Source: Minisyncoccota bacterium
GTDB taxonomy: Bacteria; Patescibacteriota; Minisyncoccia; Phycocordibacterales; DSPV01
Direction of reading: 5' to 3'
DNA length: 42,083 nucleotides
Assembly (NCBI GenBank): GCA_036517235.1
Contig: DATDXL010000001.1
Coordinates: 1 to 42,083, forward strand
Part shown: piece after piece, positions 1-8,159 of the stretch
Layout of the letters: each line of letters opens with the position of its first letter
Position numbering within the stretch: the stretch's first letter is position 1
Notes under the pieces: generated by a model
Database searches by the model: none
What the model saw: the letters and a program-made list of their open reading frames with translations, nothing else
What the model was told of the DNA's origin: nothing
Program-made: the position numbers and the translations under genes

Positions 1-132
1 TGAAGAAGAAAGAAGACTTTTGCAGAAACCGCAGAAGACTGCGGGTGTTTTGGGTGGGTGAGAAAAGAGAGGGTGGAGGGGTTTCGTAATTCACAGAAGA
101 GTTAGAGAAAAAGAGGAACAACGGGACGTAAA

Positions 133-162
133 GCAAAAATCTCCCCGTAGGGAGATTTTTGC
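133..162 (-). terminator. Candidate intrinsic terminator downstream of the 246..2198 gene
   Basis: Perfect 13-bp inverted repeat GCAAAAATCTCCC / GGGAGATTTTTGC with a 4-nt loop and A/T runs in the arms, 84 nt past the stop of the minus-strand ORF. Confidence 0.5.
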
Positions 163-167
163 GCTGT

Positions 168-185
168 CCTGCCTGCGCAGGCAGG
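168..185. repeat. GC-rich 18-bp perfect palindrome CCTGCCTGCGCAGGCAGG
   Basis: Self-complementary on inspection. A related 27-bp version, CCTGCCTGCGCGCGGCGCGCGGGCAGG, occurs at 30141..30167. Confidence 0.7.
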
Positions 186-245
186 CGGAAGCATAAGGTA
201 TATCGATGGCGGAGAGAGGAGTTTCATAGCTTGCATGTTAATAGA

Positions 246-2198
246 TTACTGAACTAACGACCACAACAACTGATTCAATAATGCCGTCATCGAATCAAGC
301 GTAGCGCCGACAGCCGCAAGAGAAGAAGAGTTTAGACTTGTGCTCCCCGAAGAGGATGTGGGAGAAATAGCGTCATTCGGAGAGTAAATCTTGAAATGTG
401 AGTCACTCGAATCGCAGGGTGTACCGGCACCTGACTGGCAGACCTGGACCGTGTAAGCGCCGTCAGGAGAACTCTCACCGGAGCCGTACGAATCTATGAT
501 CTTGCCAACGTTCCAATTGTAGGAAGAACCGTATACGCCCGTGGCGATTGGATAGTCAATGGAGTATATAGCAGGGCATACGGGCCCGGTACATGTTGGG
601 TGTTGTTGGAGCGTGACATTGTAATATCTCGGCGCAGGAGGCATACAGTATGCTCCTTCCGGACATTGCACAGACGTTCTGTTGTCCTGCCATTTGATCG
701 TCTGTGTTGTTCCCCTCTGCCAAGTTTCGCCTCCGTTAGGAGAAACGACAGTAAGAGGTTGCGTAGAAACAACTCCCACACGTACTGAGGCGCTCGTCTG
801 AACTAACTGGCCACTTGCATCGCTTACGGTGAATTGAGGAGTGTATGTTCCTGCGGTCGCATAGCTGTGCGTAAAAGTCGCGGACTGCGTAAATGATTGG
901 GTCGCGGAAGAAGAAACGTTTCCTGACTGTGCGTACACCTCGTCACCCCACCATACGGAGTAGCTAAGCGACGTGCCATCAGAATCATACGCCTTTACTG
1001 TCCATGTTCCCGTCTGTCCTACAGAAAGAGATGTTGGCGCATCAAGCCCGCTTATAACAGGAGGTCTGTTGGTAGAGGTGCCTGAATATATCTTGAAGTA
1101 TGAGTCGCTTGAGTCACAGGAGTTTGTGCTGGTCTGACAGACTTGGACGGTGTAAGCACCATCGGGAGCAAGACCATTATAAGGGTCTGCGATTTTGCCC
1201 ACGCCCCATGAATACGAATTGCCGGCAACCTTTTTGGCTATGGTGTAAGGTTGAATCGCGTAGGCAGGACAGACCTGACCTGTGCAGGGTGGATAATATG
1301 CCAATAGAGTGATGTCGTAATATGATTCTTGAGGGATATAACAGGGAGCGCTAACTGAGGAGGACACATCGTTTATACAAGTGACCGGGCTGACCCCGCG
1401 CCATGTGATAGTCTGTGTCGTTCCTTTCTGCCAACTTTCTCCGCCATTCGGCGAGATGACGGCAATTGGAGCTGTGCTTCCGCCACACCTGAATTCGGCA
1501 TACTCATTCCGACCGTCAATCGTAGTGTACGCGGAACCGCTACATGAACTGCTCCACACCAATCTCGTACCTGAAGAACCTTTTACATCCGCAACACAGG
1601 TTCCTACTCCGCTACAACTAAACTGAGGAGGGCGTACTTCCGTATTATTGCTTGTAGTCGTATAGGCTCCGATGCCACTGCATTTTTGCTCGGTCGCCGA
1701 ACTGTTAAACACACACTTGACCTGCTCGTACGCAACATCGGGTCTTGGTATCGGTGTCGTACCGCATCCATACAATCTATTGAGCTTTGCACGTGTTGAA
1801 ATACCAACATACCCCGTTCCGCGTACAAGATTATTTGGCGTCAAGATCTCAGATTTATATTTTTCTTGGAGACCGACTACTGCTGAAGCGACTTCTTCAT
1901 CGAAAATGTCTGTCTTTCCACTCAATAAACCCTCTTTGTTTAGAACGGTGACAAGTTGTGATATTTCATTTCCTCCGTCACCAATACGAAGATTCTTTTC
2001 AAAGGTATAACACCACGGCACGGTGACGGAAGTATCCTGCTGTGTCTTCAGCTGTGCTTTTAATTGTTCGATCTGTGCCAAGAGCGATGTGATCTGCGCC
2101 TGTAAATCCGCAACGGACACGTTTTGTGCATATGAGTACGCGGGGACAAGCACGAACGATGCCAAGAGAAACCAAAAGAATATCTTTTTCATATCCAT
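246..2198 (-). CDS. Secreted multidomain surface protein: signal peptide, coiled coil, peptidoglycan-binding-like domain, two copies of a Cys-rich ~125-aa domain flanking a PKD-like domain
   Basis: The N-terminus MDMKKIFFWFLLASFVLVPAYSYA is signal-peptide-like. LQAQITSLLAQIEQLKAQLK is coiled coil. Internal repeats are aa 245-372 and 482-606 (SPNGGE[ST]WQ[KR]GTTQTI.W ... PDGAYTVQVCQ ... CDSSDS[YH]FKIYS). A PKD-like block (GTWTVKAYDSDG...YTPQFTVSDASG) lies between them. Confidence 0.7.
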   Translation of the reverse strand: MDMKKIFFWFLLASFVLVPAYSYAQNVSVADLQAQITSLLAQIEQLKAQLKTQQDTSVTVPWCYTFEKNLRIGDGGNEISQLVTVLNKEGLLSGKTDIFDEEVASAVVGLQEKYKSEILTPNNLVRGTGYVGISTRAKLNRLYGCGTTPIPRPDVAYEQVKCVFNSSATEQKCSGIGAYTTTSNNTEVRPPQFSCSGVGTCVADVKGSSGTRLVWSSSCSGSAYTTIDGRNEYAEFRCGGSTAPIAVISPNGGESWQKGTTQTITWRGVSPVTCINDVSSSVSAPCYIPQESYYDITLLAYYPPCTGQVCPAYAIQPYTIAKKVAGNSYSWGVGKIADPYNGLAPDGAYTVQVCQTSTNSCDSSDSYFKIYSGTSTNRPPVISGLDAPTSLSVGQTGTWTVKAYDSDGTSLSYSVWWGDEVYAQSGNVSSSATQSFTQSATFTHSYATAGTYTPQFTVSDASGQLVQTSASVRVGVVSTQPLTVVSPNGGETWQRGTTQTIKWQDNRTSVQCPEGAYCMPPAPRYYNVTLQQHPTCTGPVCPAIYSIDYPIATGVYGSSYNWNVGKIIDSYGSGESSPDGAYTVQVCQSGAGTPCDSSDSHFKIYSPNDAISPTSSSGSTSLNSSSLAAVGATLDSMTALLNQLLWSLVQ

Positions 2199-2404
2199 GA
2201 ACTATTTGTTAATAATGAGTAAGACGTGAGTATAAGCACAATATTACACCTCCTCTGTCAAATAAAATCTCGAAACAAAAAACCGACTGGTAGCACAATG
2301 CCCCCAACCGGCCATTTCTTTCGAGAAGTCACAGGCTCACAACCTGCACTCAAAATTGTACCACGCACATCTTACGACACAAGAAAGTTATCCCCATGTC
2401 AAAA

Positions 2405-2426
2405 CCGCCCCTCGGAGGGCGTTTTT
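2405..2426 (-). terminator. Intrinsic terminator after fusA
   Basis: On the minus strand, the hairpin CGCCC-tccgag-GGGCG is followed by a T run, starting 2 nt after the fusA stop. Confidence 0.7.
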
Positions 2427-2427
2427 A

Positions 2428-4569
2428 TTATTTTCTTGAAGCAATAATTTCTTCCGCAACGTTTTTGGGCACCGTTTCGTAGTGATCGAATTCCATCGTG
2501 GAGGAACCACGGCCTTCGGACATCGAACGCAGCGCGGTCGTGTAGCCGAACATCTCGGCGAGCGGCACTTTTGCTCTCACCACTTTATTCATGCCACGCT
2601 CGTCAACGCCTTCAATGGTGGCGCGTTTCGACGAAAGGTGTCCGGTGATATCACCGATGAATTTTTCCGGCACCACCACTTCCATGCGCATAATGGGTTC
2701 AAGTATGACAGGCTTGGCACGCTTCGCGGCATCCTGGAATGCTTGCGACGCGGCGATTTTGTAGGCGATCTCCGACGAATCTACATCGTGGTAGGAACCG
2801 TAGGTGAGCTCGCAGGATATATCTACTGCAGGGAAACCCGCAAGGATACCGCGCTCCATGGCTTCCTTAACCCCTTTTTCGACTGCCGGAATGAACTCTT
2901 GGGGAATAACGCCTCCCTTGATTGAGTCAATGAACTCATAGTGGTCGTAGCGAGAAACGTTCTTTGGGATTTTCTTTCCCTCCACAAGCGGCTGCATCGG
3001 ACGAATGGTGAGTTTGACGTGGCCGTACTGACCTTTGCCGCCGGTCTGCTTGATGTATTTATGCTCCGCCTCCGCCTCCGCAAGGATGGTCTCCTTATAG
3101 GCGACCTGCGGCTTGCCGACATTTGCTTCGACGGAAAATTCTCGCTTCATGCGGTCCACCATGATCTCAAGGTGAAGCTCGCCCATGCCCGCGATGAGTG
3201 TCTCCCCTGTCTCAGAATTCGTGGAGATCCTAAATGTCGGGTCTTCGTCGGAGAGGCGCTTCAATGCCATGCCCATCTTCTCCTGGTCGGCTTTGGTCTT
3301 CGGCTCGATGCGCAAGGAAATAACCGGCTCCATGAATTTGATGGGGTCAAGGATGATGGGATTATTCTCGTCGCAGAGCGTGTGGGAAGTCTTGGCTTCC
3401 TTGAGGCCTACCGCCGCCGCGATCTCGCCTGAAAATACTTTTTTTACCTCTTCGCGGTGGTTCGCCTGAAGACGCACGATACGCGAAAGACGCTCTTTCT
3501 TCCCTGTCGTTGCGTTGTAGACGTAAGACCCCGATTCAACGGTACCCGAGTAGACGCGGAAGAAGTTGAGCTGGCCTACGAACGGATCGGTCTGAAGTTT
3601 GAATACAAGTGCAGAAAATGGCTCCTCATCAGAGGCATGGCGTACCATAGGCTCGCCGGTATTCGGATTGACGCCCGTAACAGGAGGAATATCCAGCGGT
3701 GACGGGAGATAGTCGACGACGGCATCAAGCACCAACTGTACCCCTTTGTTCTTGAGCGCCGAACCGGTAAAGACGGGGAATATCTGGTTGGCACAAACTG
3801 CTTTGCGCACGGTCTTTTTTAGATCATCAACGGAAATTTCTTTGCCCTCGAGGTACGCCTGCATTTGTGCATCATCGTGTTCGACTATTTTTTCGATCAA
3901 TTCATGCCGATATTTTTGGGCTTCTTCGAGGTAGTCGGCGGGAATTTCCGCTTCACGCACATTTTCTCCCATCTCGCCGTCGAAATAATAGGCCTTCATC
4001 TTGAGGAGATCGATGACGCCCTCATGCTTCTCTTCGAGGCCTATCGGGATCTGGAAACGAATGGCTTTTTTGGAGAGCCTCTCGAGAATGGATTTGTATG
4101 AAAAATCAAACGATGCGCCCATGCGGTCCATTTTGTTGATGAAACACAGGCGCGGCACCTCTCCGTCGTCGGCATAACGCCAGTTGGTCTCCGATTGAGG
4201 CTCAACACCCGCGACACCGTCAAAAACGACGACGGCCCCATCGAGTACGCGAAGTGAGCGTTTCACTTCAGCAGTAAAATCGATGTGTCCCGGGGTATCA
4301 ATGATATTGAAACGAACTCTCTTGGAGATGTCCCTACCCATGTAAACCGGGTTCCAGAAACAAGTGATGGCGGCAGCGGTGATGGTGATGCCACGCTCAC
4401 GTTCCTGCTCCATCCAGTCGGTTACAGTATCACCCTCGTGCACTTCGCCGATCTTATGCGTCATACCGGTATAGAACAAAATGCGCTCGGACGTGGTCGT
4501 CTTGCCGGCGTCGATATGGGCTATGATGCCAAAATTGCGTACTTTTTCCAGTGGGTAATCGCGGTTCAT
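2428..4569 (-). CDS. fusA: Translation elongation factor G
   Basis: 713 aa with the GTPase motifs AHIDAGKTTTSERILFYTG, DTPGHIDF and NKMDR, and full-length EF-G domain order. ATG start. Confidence 0.97.
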   Translation of the reverse strand: MNRDYPLEKVRNFGIIAHIDAGKTTTSERILFYTGMTHKIGEVHEGDTVTDWMEQERERGITITAAAITCFWNPVYMGRDISKRVRFNIIDTPGHIDFTAEVKRSLRVLDGAVVVFDGVAGVEPQSETNWRYADDGEVPRLCFINKMDRMGASFDFSYKSILERLSKKAIRFQIPIGLEEKHEGVIDLLKMKAYYFDGEMGENVREAEIPADYLEEAQKYRHELIEKIVEHDDAQMQAYLEGKEISVDDLKKTVRKAVCANQIFPVFTGSALKNKGVQLVLDAVVDYLPSPLDIPPVTGVNPNTGEPMVRHASDEEPFSALVFKLQTDPFVGQLNFFRVYSGTVESGSYVYNATTGKKERLSRIVRLQANHREEVKKVFSGEIAAAVGLKEAKTSHTLCDENNPIILDPIKFMEPVISLRIEPKTKADQEKMGMALKRLSDEDPTFRISTNSETGETLIAGMGELHLEIMVDRMKREFSVEANVGKPQVAYKETILAEAEAEHKYIKQTGGKGQYGHVKLTIRPMQPLVEGKKIPKNVSRYDHYEFIDSIKGGVIPQEFIPAVEKGVKEAMERGILAGFPAVDISCELTYGSYHDVDSSEIAYKIAASQAFQDAAKRAKPVILEPIMRMEVVVPEKFIGDITGHLSSKRATIEGVDERGMNKVVRAKVPLAEMFGYTTALRSMSEGRGSSTMEFDHYETVPKNVAEEIIASRK

Positions 4570-4687
4570 GGTTCAAATGTAAAATGCAAAAATCAAAATG
4601 GAAAATGGCAATGCAAAATAATAAATTAAAAATCCCCGCAGAGGGTGCATGTAGAATACCCGAAATGCCGAAAAAAAGCAAAATTAG

Positions 4688-4954
4688 CTATCGGTAAATG
4701 TCATGGGTATCAACCGCGACAACATAAACTTCATCCTTATCGCCTGTGGAATATTGAAAAATGACTTTTACCCTACAATTCACCGAGAAAGCGTATTTGT
4801 CGGAAAGTTTGCCATGCAGTTTGTGAACCTTCAGAGATTTATGATTCTTTCTGTCTTTAAAGAGCTCTACCTTTTCAACGATTTCTTCAGCAAGCGCGCT
4901 ATCAAGCTTATTTAGCTTCCTCAAAAAAGCGCGCGTATACAAAATACTAATCAT
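4688..4954 (-). CDS. RelE/ParE-superfamily type II toxin
   Basis: 88 aa. The C-terminal half LKVHKLHGKLSDKYAFSVNCRVKVIF resembles the RelE/YafQ-type core. It overlaps the upstream antitoxin gene by 8 nt. Confidence 0.7.
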   Translation of the reverse strand: MISILYTRAFLRKLNKLDSALAEEIVEKVELFKDRKNHKSLKVHKLHGKLSDKYAFSVNCRVKVIFQYSTGDKDEVYVVAVDTHDIYR

Positions 4955-5171
4955 TGAACTTCTTCATGAGTTTTCTTAAATCTCCACGAAAAACCCTATC
5001 GGCTTTTATGTCCCTCTCAGATTCAAGTATTTCCTTTATCAGTTCTTCCTCCTGATACCACTCAAGGGCTTGGCGAACGGCATGTGCCTTATTGGCCGCC
5101 TTGCCGCTTTTTACAAGAGAATCTATAAATTCTTCCAGTTTCGGCGTTAATGGTACTGATAACGTAGACAT
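4947..5171 (-). CDS. ParD/CC2985-like ribbon-helix-helix antitoxin
   Basis: 74 aa. The N-terminus MSTLSVPLTPKLEEFIDSLVKSGKAANKAHAVRQALEW matches the ParD-type antidote pattern. It is translationally coupled to the toxin ORF. Confidence 0.65.
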   Translation of the reverse strand: MSTLSVPLTPKLEEFIDSLVKSGKAANKAHAVRQALEWYQEEELIKEILESERDIKADRVFRGDLRKLMKKFND

Positions 5172-5190
5172 GGAAATGTATGATTATTTA

Positions 5191-5207
5191 ATATGATGCT
5201 ATCATAT
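5191..5207. promoter_or_regulatory. Candidate toxin-antitoxin operator
   Basis: ATATGAT-gct-ATCATAT, 7-bp inverted arms, lies 20 nt upstream of the antitoxin start. The position fits autoregulated TA promoters. Confidence 0.4.
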
Positions 5208-5342
5208 ACCCCTGCCCCAGAAAGTCAAGCGAGCTTTGTAACCTACAAGGTTAAACCTTGCTAGGCTTTGAGTAGACCAAATAATACTATAGCTGGCACC
5301 GTTACGTGCAACGACGCTGCTCTCCACAACAATCGGAAGTGT

Positions 5343-5660
5343 TTACAGCGCGTTTTTCTTTTCCAATGCCTCAACCTCAGCTTTTTCCAACATTTCTAGG
5401 TCTTGTTTAAGAATTGGGAGTTGGAGTTCCGCGCTATCTACACTCGGAGTCCGAATTACAACGGGTCCAATCTTAAAACCCCCTTGAGAAATTATTCCTT
5501 CTGCTTTTTTAATCTGTCCTTTTGTGTACTCTATCCTCTCTGGTAATTCGTTGATGAATTCATTTAGCTCGTCAGTATCTAGAGTCTGATTTATTGTTGC
5601 AAGGTGGACCTCTACCGGTTTTTCATCCTTGTTTTCATGTGCTTGTTCAAATTTATTCAT
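5343..5660 (-). CDS. Hypothetical protein (105 aa, acidic, helical)
   Basis: Clean ATG ORF in the same orientation as its neighbours. I recognise no motif. Confidence 0.45.
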   Translation of the reverse strand: MNKFEQAHENKDEKPVEVHLATINQTLDTDELNEFINELPERIEYTKGQIKKAEGIISQGGFKIGPVVIRTPSVDSAELQLPILKQDLEMLEKAEVEALEKKNAL

Positions 5661-5740
5661 AAATCGTAAAGGATTAATCTAATAATACACCCAGATAATA
5701 CCCCCGAGGCAATCTGTCAAACAAAAACACCAAGTGAACG

Positions 5741-5843
5741 TATGGGCTTCGCAAGCTCTAAGCGAGCCCTGCTCCACTTTGAAACATTGCGGAGCCGACG
5801 GGAGAGCATAACAAAATCCCCGAGGTTAAACCTCGGGGATTTT
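5741..5843. repeat. Intergenic repeat copy X1, ending in the hairpin CCCCGAGGT-taa-ACCTCGGGG
   Basis: It shares the blocks GGGCTTCGCAAGCTCTAAGCGAG, GAAACATTGCGGAGCCGAC and GAGCATA-A-run-hairpin with the copies at 6704..6838 and 6906..7079. The hairpin (5818..5838) also serves as terminator of the 5855..6616 gene. Confidence 0.6.
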
Positions 5844-5854
5844 AAAACAGAGTG

Positions 5855-6616
5855 CTATCTAGAAAATCCGCGGATGAATAAACCGACGATAGCAACAATA
5901 AATAGTAATACCGACGTGTATTTCATAAATCGCGCACGATTAGGAAACTCGGCCTTACGTTTCCCTGCAAGAAAAAAGAGGTAGAAGGGTATCGTCAGAT
6001 TAAGCACAAGAGTGGCAAGACCACCGAAACTAAGTAGTCGTTGGGTTGAAAAAGAATGGGATGACTCCTCAATTATTATACCGAGGGTAAATACCCCGAT
6101 AGTTAGAAGTACCCTTATGCCAGAAATCACTACTCTCACCCACATCTTTTTTAACCAGTGATCAGGAAGTGGAAGCCAGACAAGTACCAACAGGACTGCG
6201 CCCAGATAATCAAAAGATCTGTCTCCTCCATTTATAAGAACAAGAAGTAAAACGAGTACAAAAAGGTAAAAGGGAATTTCTTCTGCGGTTCTCCAGGTTT
6301 TGATAAGCGAAAAGACTATCAATTTCTTTTGCCCATCAATTAGTGCCGCTGGTGTTTGTACAGCATCCAACCGCGAGATCTGATCGCTGGTTACTTGAAC
6401 CTGAAGGAAAAATTTCCTCAAAACAGTCATAACCAGTACAGCAAGGGCAGTCACGGCAACTACATCTCGTACTATCTGCACCGCGTCCACTCCTAGAGAA
6501 GCTCCCTTGTACACGTAGTAGGACAAGCCTAGTAATAAAATTGCCACAACTATGGCGAGAAAACTTTTTGAAACCCCATTAGGTAGATGAGAAACAATCT
6601 TACGATCATTATCCAT
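5855..6616 (-). CDS. Polytopic membrane protein, unknown function
   Basis: 253 aa counted from the ATG at 6616 (MDNDRKIVSHLPNG...), with about 6 hydrophobic spans. The 110 aa upstream in the track ORF run through intergenic repeats and look non-coding. The start is uncertain, since a TTG a few codons upstream is possible. Confidence 0.55.
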   Translation of the reverse strand: MDNDRKIVSHLPNGVSKSFLAIVVAILLLGLSYYVYKGASLGVDAVQIVRDVVAVTALAVLVMTVLRKFFLQVQVTSDQISRLDAVQTPAALIDGQKKLIVFSLIKTWRTAEEIPFYLFVLVLLLVLINGGDRSFDYLGAVLLVLVWLPLPDHWLKKMWVRVVISGIRVLLTIGVFTLGIIIEESSHSFSTQRLLSFGGLATLVLNLTIPFYLFFLAGKRKAEFPNRARFMKYTSVLLFIVAIVGLFIRGFSR

Positions 6617-6703
6617 GTACCCGTTATATAATGATAGCGCAATCCAAAACAACGTGAATGTGCACAGACGTATATAAACTACAATGATGCCTTTGTAGTT
6701 TGT

Positions 6704-6838
6704 GGGTCTCGCAAGCTCTGAGCGAGGTATTACTTTTTCAGAACCTTGCACAGTCCCGAGTGCCTGTCGAGGGACGAGCAGAAAAAACCGCCAGCAGGCG
6801 GTTATTTGTGTTCTGAAAAATTGATTCCAAGCGACCGA
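6704..6838. repeat. Intergenic repeat copy X2 (tandem with X3)
   Basis: GGGTCTCGCAAGCTCTGAGCGAG ... hairpin AACCGCC-agca-GGCGGTT ... GTGTTCTGAAAAATTGATTCCAAGCGACC. The last 29-mer matches 7050..7078 with 2 mismatches. Confidence 0.6.
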
Positions 6839-6905
6839 CAAGCCGCGAGGATTTTTCGCGTAGCTTGAGGCGCACGCGAGCATTTTCCTTATATGGGTTT
6901 CGGTA

Positions 6906-7079
6906 GGGCTTCGTAGCTCTAAGTGAGGAATCATTTGGGGGAACATTACGGAGGCGAGCTGGCTGGTTCGTCAACGACCCGAATCTTATGAGAGCTCTTG
7001 ACGACAGCGAGCCGAGCATAGGAAAACCCCGCGCTGGCGGGGTTTATCCGTGTTCCGAAAAATTGATTCCGAGCGACCT
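6906..7079. repeat. Intergenic repeat copy X3, including the rpsG terminator hairpin
   Basis: GGGCTTCGTAGCTCTAAGTGAG ... GGAACATTACGGAGGCGAG ... hairpin AAACCCCGC-gctg-GCGGGGTTT (7024..7045) ... GTGTTCCGAAAAATTGATTCCGAGCGACC. It starts directly after the rpsG stop. Confidence 0.6.
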
Positions 7080-7553
7080 TTACCAAGCAAAATGGGCGAA
7101 GGCCTTATTCGCCTCTGCCATCTTATGCACATTCTCGCGCTTCTTCACCGCGTCGCCCTCATTCTTTGAAGCGGCAATGATCTCATCAGCGAGTTTTATA
7201 TGAATCGGTTTTCCTTTCTTTGACTTTGCGGCATCGATGATCCATTTCATGGAAAGCGACGTACGACGCGAAGGGCGGACTTCCACCGGAACCTGATAGT
7301 TGGCCCCGCCCACGCGGCGTGATCGGACTTCCATATTGGGAGTGGTATTCCTAAGCGCGGCATCAAGAACTTCGAGCGGAGCAGTCTTTGTCTTCTCTTT
7401 GATCACTTCAAGCGCAGCGTATACCACGTTTCGGGCGGTGTTCTTCTTGCCGCGCTCCATCACGTAGTTTACGAATTTAGCGACCTTCTCCGAGCCATGG
7501 ACGAGGTCCGGCTCTACTGCGTGTTTTTCTCTGTCTTTTAGCTTTCTGCGCAT
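7080..7553 (-). CDS. rpsG: 30S ribosomal protein S7
   Basis: 157 aa with the typical S7 sequences (ARNVVYAALEVIKEKT, VEVRSRRVGGANYQVPVEVR). Confidence 0.96.
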   Translation of the reverse strand: MRRKLKDREKHAVEPDLVHGSEKVAKFVNYVMERGKKNTARNVVYAALEVIKEKTKTAPLEVLDAALRNTTPNMEVRSRRVGGANYQVPVEVRPSRRTSLSMKWIIDAAKSKKGKPIHIKLADEIIAASKNEGDAVKKRENVHKMAEANKAFAHFAW

Positions 7554-7621
7554 TGTGTGTCGTTTACTTGCTCTTATCCCTACTTTATAAACTTGAAACT
7601 TTCAAACTTTACAAACTCAAC

Positions 7622-8050
7622 TTATTTCGCCGCAGCTCCTGCTCCCTTACCCCTCTTGGCACCGTACTGACTGCGACCCTTTTTGCGTCCCTCAACCCCA
7701 CCGGCATCAAGCTTGCCACGCACGACTTGATAGCGAAGACCAACGTCTTTGACGCGGCCGCCACGCAACATCACCACTGCATGCTCTTGCAGGTTATGTC
7801 CGATACCCGGAATATAAGCGGTAACTTCCATACCGTTCGTAAGGCGTACACGAGCGATCTTTCTGATAGCCGAGTTCGGTTTCTTTGGAGTCTTTGTGGT
7901 TACTTTAGTGCAAACACCGCGCTTGAAAGGAGACGCGAAGAAATTCGGACGATTCTTGAGCACATTGAAACTGCGTCGCAGAGCGACAGATTTCGGTTTT
8001 CGCTTAAGCGATTTCCTGTTTCTCTTAATGAGTTGGTTTATCGTGGACAT
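7622..8050 (-). CDS. rpsL: 30S ribosomal protein S12
   Basis: 142 aa with [10 protein letters not shown]..., [22 protein letters not shown] and [14 protein letters not shown]. It has a basic C-terminal extension. Confidence 0.96.
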   Translation of the reverse strand: MSTINQLIKRNRKSLKRKPKSVALRRSFNVLKNRPNFFASPFKRGVCTKVTTKTPKKPNSAIRKIARVRLTNGMEVTAYIPGIGHNLQEHAVVMLRGGRVKDVGLRYQVVRGKLDAGGVEGRKKGRSQYGAKRGKGAGAAAK

Positions 8051-8159
8051 TTCAACTAAAAAACCTCCGAATGAGGTAACACTAATCTAATACGCAGAGT
8101 CAAAAAAAGCAAGTCTCTTAAGCGCTTAGCGAAACGTACAACCCTACTCACAATCGTTT

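Noticed and set aside
1-132. Purine-rich left edge as part of an RNA gene or CDS
   Set aside because: No ORF of useful length is present, no recognisable RNA consensus is visible, and the region is truncated by the window edge.
4570-4687. Phased A-tracts and repeated TTGCAT/CCATTTT motifs upstream of fusA as a discrete regulatory element
   Set aside because: This is plausibly just an AT-rich promoter region. I could not define -35/-10 boxes with convincing spacing.
6617-6946. N-terminal 110 aa of the 363-aa track ORF (5855..6946)
   Set aside because: This stretch runs across the tandem intergenic repeats and a terminator-type hairpin, and its composition is not protein-like. The CDS is called from the ATG at 6616.
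6704-7079. Tandem repeats as a CRISPR array
   Set aside because: There are only two or three diverged copies of more than 100 nt, with no short uniform repeats, no regularly spaced unique spacers and no cas genes.
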